From: Eledone cirrhosa
Taxonomy: Eukaryota
DNA length: 64,000 bases
NCBI GenBank assembly: GCA_964016885.1
Contig: OZ024741.1
Location: forward strand, 352,284,001-352,348,000
Direction: 5' to 3'
This document shows positions 51,200 through 64,000 of the stretch, piece by piece. Within the stretch, counting starts at the first letter, position 1, and every line of letters starts with the position of its first letter. The notes below the pieces were generated by a model. It was not told the origin of the DNA. It saw only the letters and a list, made by a program, of their open reading frames with translations, and made no database searches. The translations under genes were made by a program, and so were the position numbers.

Positions 51200-51790
51200 T
51201 TGAATAATACAAATGTTTTAAAGCCTTCTTGCCTTCTAAAGCAAGTTTTAGTGTTCTTGGCCCCATGAGAAGCTTCTGTTTTACTCTATCTTGTACATCC
51301 ACTCTCACCACCACCATGGCTTTCATTTCCTTCTTCCCCAATTGTCTTCCTTGGAATTTTTCCTCTACTTCTTTCCACATTCATTTTCATCACTTCTCTT
51401 ACAGTCATTTTCATCTTTCCTCAACACATGACCCAACCATCTCATTCCATTTCTCTTCACAACAGCCATCACTAGCTCTATTCCTATCATCCTCTGCAAT
51501 TCACTGTTTTCTTCTAAGTGAAACTCTGCTCATCTTGTGATCCTGTGAACCATTCTCATTTCTGTTTTTACCAACCTTCTCTACTGTTTCACATTCATCA
51601 CCCATGTCCCACTCCCATAAATCATTCCACTTGTCACATGCAACATACACCTTTCTCTTCAGTTTCAGCAATACCTCTCTCCTCAGTAGCATGTCGCTCA
51701 GTTCCGAGAAATTTTTCAAAACAGATCTCACTCTTAGCTACTCTCACTAAGTCTAATCCACCCTCTTCAACATATCTCCTAGTTTGAATA
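51200..51790 (-). mobile_element. Highly decayed RTE LINE fragment
   Basis: RSVLKNFSELSDMLLRREVLLKLKRKVYVAC followed by a frameshifted MIYGSGTW, matching the RTE post-RT region. Confidence 0.6.
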
Positions 51791-52837
51791 GAATTTACAA
51801 AGAAAATAAGCTGAAGTACTTTAAATAGATATTGGATGGAAGAAAAACTGTAACTATAATTGGTTCAGGTACTTAATGAGGATAATTAAAACGACTTTGG
51901 CCCACCTTTTCTAAGTGAAGGAAGTCAGAATATCAGATGTTCAGGGGAGCAATATCTCAAACACTTAAACACACTTGAGATGAAATAAAACTTGTTCTCA
52001 GCTAATTTTACTAAAGGACCCTGTGTATTCTTTTTCCATAGATGTCAAAGAGTTTGGCATGATTGGTGGGTTGAACAAATTCTTAGTGTTGGATTAAATG
52101 CCTTATGCTATTTCTTCCAACTCTCACCAATGTCAACTCCCAAGTTAATTTAATGAAATTTCTTATCTCCCAGCCCAAATTGTTGGCCTGTGGCTCAATT
52201 AGAAATAATTATTATTGAGGCATAATGGCTGTTGGATTTTAAGGTGCTAGATAGCTTTGTATCATAGAATTAAAGGCAGTTTCAGGCAGTTTGGTATCAA
52301 GTGGGTTCAATATGTTAGCCTTAACTTAATTATTGGTTATTGACTAAAATTTTATTAACTATTTCATAATTATGTATTAAATGTTATATGTTAACCTTTT
52401 TCATATCAAACCACCTGAAACTGCCCTTGGTTGAAAATGAAATTTACCACTCATACAGACAGAGGGTCAGCTGGCGTTCCAGAAGGTTATATATTAAAGT
52501 TTTCTTTGGTGTTTTAATGACAGGGACCTCAGTCCTATCATGAAAAGTAACATAAAATGAAGCATCTTGCTGAAAAACACAATTCACAGACTAGTCTAGG
52601 AATCAGACCCACACCCTTATGATTCTAAGTCAAATACCCTAACCACAAAACCACATGCCTTCACTATGATACTAAGTTGTGTATTTTAAGTAAGAACCTT
52701 TGTTACATGCTACTAAATATTTTCAAAATTATTTTAAAATCATAAATAATATTTTTCATTGGAAATATGCTAACAATGGCTTGAGACAACTCATAGACTA
52801 ATCAAACAGTTAACCATTCTCCATACAAAACTTACAA

Positions 52838-53050
52838 TCAAACTACCACCTACACCCTACAGTACAATCTCCCACCTATACAACAGACTAGTCAAACTAC
52901 CACTGACACTACAGTACAACCTCTCACCTATACACTACTGAACAGTCAAACTACCACCTATACACTACAGAACAGTCAAACTACCACCTATACACTACAG
53001 AACAGTCAAACTTATCACTTATGCATTATAGTACAGTCAAACTACTACCA
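52838..53050. repeat. 30-bp minisatellite
   Basis: ACAGTCAAACTACCACCTATACACTACAGA, two perfect and several degenerate units. Confidence 0.85.
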
Positions 53051-53606
53051 ATCCTAGATATAGAAACACTGTCTGGAGACTATGTCAACTATTATATATT
53101 CCCTCACAAACACACCTGTGGCCTGCACAAAGGTTTTTATAGCGCAAGCATGTTTTATCTTCGTAATATAAAAAAAAGAAAATTAGTTGTGATGTGTGCA
53201 ATTAGTTGTTGTGTGTAGCCTTCAGACAATACATGTGACCCGTGTGGCCCTCAGGGGACCCTGATTTTGACATGCCTGATACACAGGAAATGGCAGTTAT
53301 TAATTACAGTAATGTGTAATACACTTTGCTGCCCATCTCTTCATTGTTAATTTTTGATGTGAGTGAAATGCCATACAATCATCATTTCATAGGCTTTAAG
53401 TGGGTTACCATTGTTGTTGTTGATGTTTAGCCCCAGGTCAGCTCTGATCAAGCAGACCTGTGATCAAAAGTATTCTAATCAAAACCATCCATCTTTTATT
53501 CAAGACATAATATATCAAAGATATACTTATCCAATAATGATGATATATATATAATCATGATCATTATCATTTTACATCTGCTTTTCCCTGCTTACAAGGG
53601 TGGGAC

Positions 53607-57530
<3,924 letters not shown>

Positions 57531-58537
57531 ACATGGAGCTGATATCACTGCTCAACACCAAAGCCCAAGTCATTACTCCTGATGGGATGACAGAGTTCTT
57601 TGAGATACTGGCTGGAGTGCTCTAGGGAGATACATTGGCTCCCTACCTTTTTGTCATCGTAGTGGACTATTGTATGCGCCTTGCACTGGAGAAACACCAG
57701 GACTCTGGCTTTACTGTAGCACCGGCTCAGAGCAGGAGAGTTAGGGCGAAAAAGGTATCGGATGCTGAATTTGCCGATGACATAGTTTTGGTGACAAATA
57801 CAGTGAAGGAGGCAGAGGATTTGATGCGGGAGGTTGAGACTGTGTCGATGAGTGTGGGGCTGAGAATGAATGAGACTAAAACAAAATATCTGGTAGAGAA
57901 TGTTGAGAAGCCAGAGGGGATCACAAATGTAGGCGGGAAGCCGCTGGAATTGGTTGAGGACTTCCTGTATTTGGGATCAAAGATTGGGAATACGGAGGAT
58001 GATGTGGTTGAGAGGAAGAGCAAGGCCTGGGCGGCGTGCCACAGCTTGAGATCGGTGTGGAAGTCGGACCTTCGTAGAGACCTGAAAATCCGCCTCTTCA
58101 TTGCTGTAGTGGAGTCTGTGCTGCTGTATGGATCTGAGACTTGGACACTGACCAAGAAACTCACTCAGATGGTGGATGGGTGCTACACGAGAATGCTGAG
58201 GATGGCTCTGAACATTAATCAGTATGCACTGAGGATGAAAAACTCAGAGCTGTATGGGAGCATCCCAAAAGTCAGCTCAAAAGTGACACAGAGGAGAATG
58301 AGGTTAGCTGGACATGCTCACCGACATCCAGAGTTGACATTGCACTCAGTACTCCTTTGGGAGCCCCTACATGGACACACTAGGAGAGGAAGACCAAGGT
58401 TAACGTATGTTGATGCCCTAAGGACAGACACTGGTCTGTTGGAGATGCTGGACATGGCAGCGATAATGAGGCACAGAGACCGCTGGAGATAACTCGTCCA
58501 TGGATCTCGGGAATTTTACCCGCCTTAGATAGATAGA
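57531..58537 (+). mobile_element. 5'-truncated RTE-group LINE, a lineage distinct from 3038 and 63363
   Basis: [25 protein letters not shown]...EFADD...DFLYLGS...VESVLLYGSETW...RRMRLAGH...GRPRLTY, with one nonsense codon at 57623. 3' hairpin CGGGAATTTTACCCG and (TAGA)n tail. Confidence 0.92.
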
Positions 58538-58606
58538 AATATATATATACATATATATATATGTATATGTGTATATATATATATACATATATATGTATGT
58601 GTATAT

Positions 58607-58637
<31 letters not shown>

Positions 58638-58675
58638 CATATATATATATGTATATGTATATATATACATATATA

Positions 58676-58720
58676 CATGCAAGCGTGGAACACGGACGTT
58701 AAACGTTGATGATGATGATG
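58676..58720 (+). mobile_element. Isolated RTE/SINE 3' tail
   Basis: CATGCAAGCGTGGAACACGGACGTTAAACGTT(GAT)n matches the LINE end at 63363-63415. Confidence 0.7.
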
Positions 58721-58744
58721 ATATATACATACATATATATATAC

Positions 58745-58775
<31 letters not shown>

Positions 58776-58818
58776 CATATATATATACATATATATACAT
58801 ATATATATATACATATAT

Positions 58819-59390
58819 CCCAGTACAACCTGTCTCATGGTCGGGTCGTTGGCGACTAAACTGACAACCCCACCAAGGTTTCTTGGTGAGGAGGGTGACT
58901 TTGAACATCCTGCAGGACTAAAAACAAAACCTGTCAAAGGGCAAAGGAGCTCTTAAGAGTCAATGGCCATCCAAAATCACTGGGAGAGATTACCCCTTAA
59001 CCTTTGTCAAGGCAGAATTCTAGGAGAAGGAAAACCCTGATATAACACTTGCAACCCTGATGGTATCCAATGATGTTGACTTGTTCTTCTTTTTGGTAAA
59101 TATCATCTTGGTTAAGAGAGTGGGACTGGCTTTGTGCAGTGCCTTTGCTCACTATAAAAGCTACACGGCACAGGCATTGCTTTATATCTGGAGATCTCTC
59201 TGCACTTGTTGTCACATGGTACCATGGGCCCAGCACTGTGTCAGTAATTGTCACAAGTGTAGTGTTTGTACCAGAGTTTTCAAGTTGCTGGCTGGACTAA
59301 AAAGCCACACCCGTTCAGCGCATCGGTAGGGGTTCTCCTACATGGATATAAAGTAGTGGCCATACTCGAAAACGAGTTGGCAGCCACCAT
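58819..59390 (+). mobile_element. Non-autonomous RTE-derived element, longest copy (~570 bp)
   Basis: RTE 5'-UTR-like segment (GGAGAAGGAAAACCCTGA) joined to a C2H2-coding 3' segment ([23 protein letters not shown]) and the hairpin ACTCG-AAAA-CGAGT. Four copies in the window. Confidence 0.82.
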
Positions 59391-62578
<3,188 letters not shown>

Positions 62579-62702
62579 AGGAGGTGAGTTTTATTGTAGT
62601 ACAATAAAGCAATGCAGATATCGGATAAGAAGCACTCTACAGTTTGTGGGAATGGAGTATGCATAATATAAGATCAAAAGATGGTTAAAGGAGTTCCATG
62701 TA

Positions 62703-62766
62703 TTTTATTATGCGCATTTCAAAAACAAACATCATCAAGCAATATTTGTGTTTTCATCAGATAAAA
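62703..62766 (-). ncRNA. Minimal type I hammerhead (left arm)
   Basis: TTTTAT-CTGATGA-AAACACAAATATT gcttgat GATGTTTGTTTTT-GAAA-TGCGCA-TA-ATAAAA. Confidence 0.72.
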
Positions 62767-62893
62767 CAGGAGAACATGATATGAAGGCTAAAAAACACTT
62801 GTTGATAGTGCAGTTTTAAATCAACATATCATATGTTGATTTAAAACTGCACTATCAACAAGTATTTTTTAGCCTTCATATCATGTTCTCCTG

Positions 62894-62960
62894 TTTTATC
62901 TGATGAAAACACAAATATTATTGCTTGATGATGCTTGTTTTTGAAATGCGCATAATAAAA
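62894..62960 (+). ncRNA. Minimal type I hammerhead (right arm)
   Basis: TTTTAT-CTGATGA-AAACACAA...TTGTTTTT-GAAA-TGCGCA-TA-ATAAAA; perfect 6-bp stem I, palindromic stem III. Confidence 0.7.
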
Positions 62961-63005
62961 TATATGGAACTCCTTTAACCATCTTTTGATCTTATATTAT
63001 ATATG

Positions 63006-63072
<67 letters not shown>

Positions 63073-63119
63073 GTATGTATATATATATATATATGTATAT
63101 ATATATGTATATATATATG

Positions 63120-63152
<33 letters not shown>

Positions 63153-63222
63153 GTATGTATATATATATATATGTATGTATATATATATATATGTATGTAT
63201 ATATATATATATGTATGTATAT

Positions 63223-63272
<50 letters not shown>

Positions 63273-63287
63273 GTATATATATATATG

Positions 63288-63325
<38 letters not shown>

Positions 63326-63326
63326 G

Positions 63327-63361
<35 letters not shown>

Positions 63362-63362
63362 G

Positions 63363-64000
63363 TCATCATCATCATCATCATCACCGTTTTACGTCCGTTC
63401 TTCCACGCTAGCATGGGTTAGACGGGTTGTCCTGTTGTGGGCAGTGTCTGGTCGGCTGACCATGCCTTGCTCATACAGGAACTGATCTGGCTTGATTTCT
63501 ACAGCTGGATGCCCTTCCTAACACCAACCTCATTTACAGTGAGTGCTGGGTGCTTTTTCGTGGCGCCTACACGTCCACTTTACAGTGTGGGCTGGGTGCT
63601 TTTTTGCCGTGGCACCTCCACGACCACCTTGCGGTGGGGGGGGGGGCATATTGTTTATATGCTTCAGCATGTACCCATGGGAGGTCGGGTACCCTGTATT
63701 ACTGCGTGACGCCAGAAGTCACGGTCGTGTGTCATTGACTTTGAGAGGTGTAGTTGGGTAAGGTCGGCTTTTATCACCTCATCCCAAGTCATCTTGGGTC
63801 TCCCCACTCCGCGGTTTCCATCAACTTCTAGTGCTCTGCACCTTTTTATGCAGCTGTCATCCTTCATACGCATCACATGTCCATACCAGCGTAACCGCCT
63901 CTCCTGCACGCAGCATTTGATTCCTCTTATGCTCAGTCTCTCTCTCAATTCATTTATGCTTTGTCGTTCACGTATATTACTGTTACACATCCATCGGAGC
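63363..64000 (-). mobile_element. 3' end of an RTE LINE, continuing beyond the window
   Basis: LRWMCNSNIRERQ...VQERRLRWYGHVMRM...GRPKMTWDEVI...RDFWRHAV*, then 3' UTR and (GAT)n tail. Same family as 3038-5080. Confidence 0.92.

Larger units (their letters stand above)
62579..63000. mobile_element. Palindromic Penelope pLTR-like element with two hammerheads
   Basis: Arms 62663-62829 and 62831-63000 are near-perfect reverse complements around a 1-nt centre. Confidence 0.8.

Noticed and set aside
52838-53050. 30-bp periodic repeat resembling a CRISPR array
   Set aside because: Head-to-tail units without unique spacers, in eukaryotic DNA with no cas genes.
58819-58960. HDV-like ribozyme at the 5' end of the RTE derivative
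   Set aside because: Some RTEs have one, but I could not assemble the nested double pseudoknot by eye; needs an RNArobo or Infernal search.

Overview
Repeat-dominated animal genomic DNA, most likely an octopod cephalopod (inferred from tRNA-derived SINEs resembling the octopus OK/OR types and from kilobase-scale (AT)n/(TATG)n arrays). Over a third of the window is AT-type microsatellite, so the long Ile/Tyr ORFs in the track are artefacts. The only host coding sequence I can support is one terminal exon (34323-34570, +) that looks like the C-terminal tail of CtBP, implying a last intron of more than 34 kb. The rest is mobile DNA: two decayed Tc1/mariner (maT-like) transposons, several RTE LINE fragments, two CR1-group LINEs (one near full length), SINEs, a 4-copy non-autonomous RTE derivative and Penelope-like remnants. 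Three things stand out. (1) About nine minimal type I hammerhead ribozyme motifs, several in head-to-head palindromes and one intact copy inside a 688-bp unit with a terminal direct repeat (retrozyme-like). (2) The near full-length CR1-group LINE has an AUG-less ORF2 overlapping ORF1 in the -1 frame across two correctly phased slippery heptamers, suggesting programmed -1 frameshifting. (3) Young retroelements sit almost exclusively inside the AT satellite. All calls were made by eye, without database searches.
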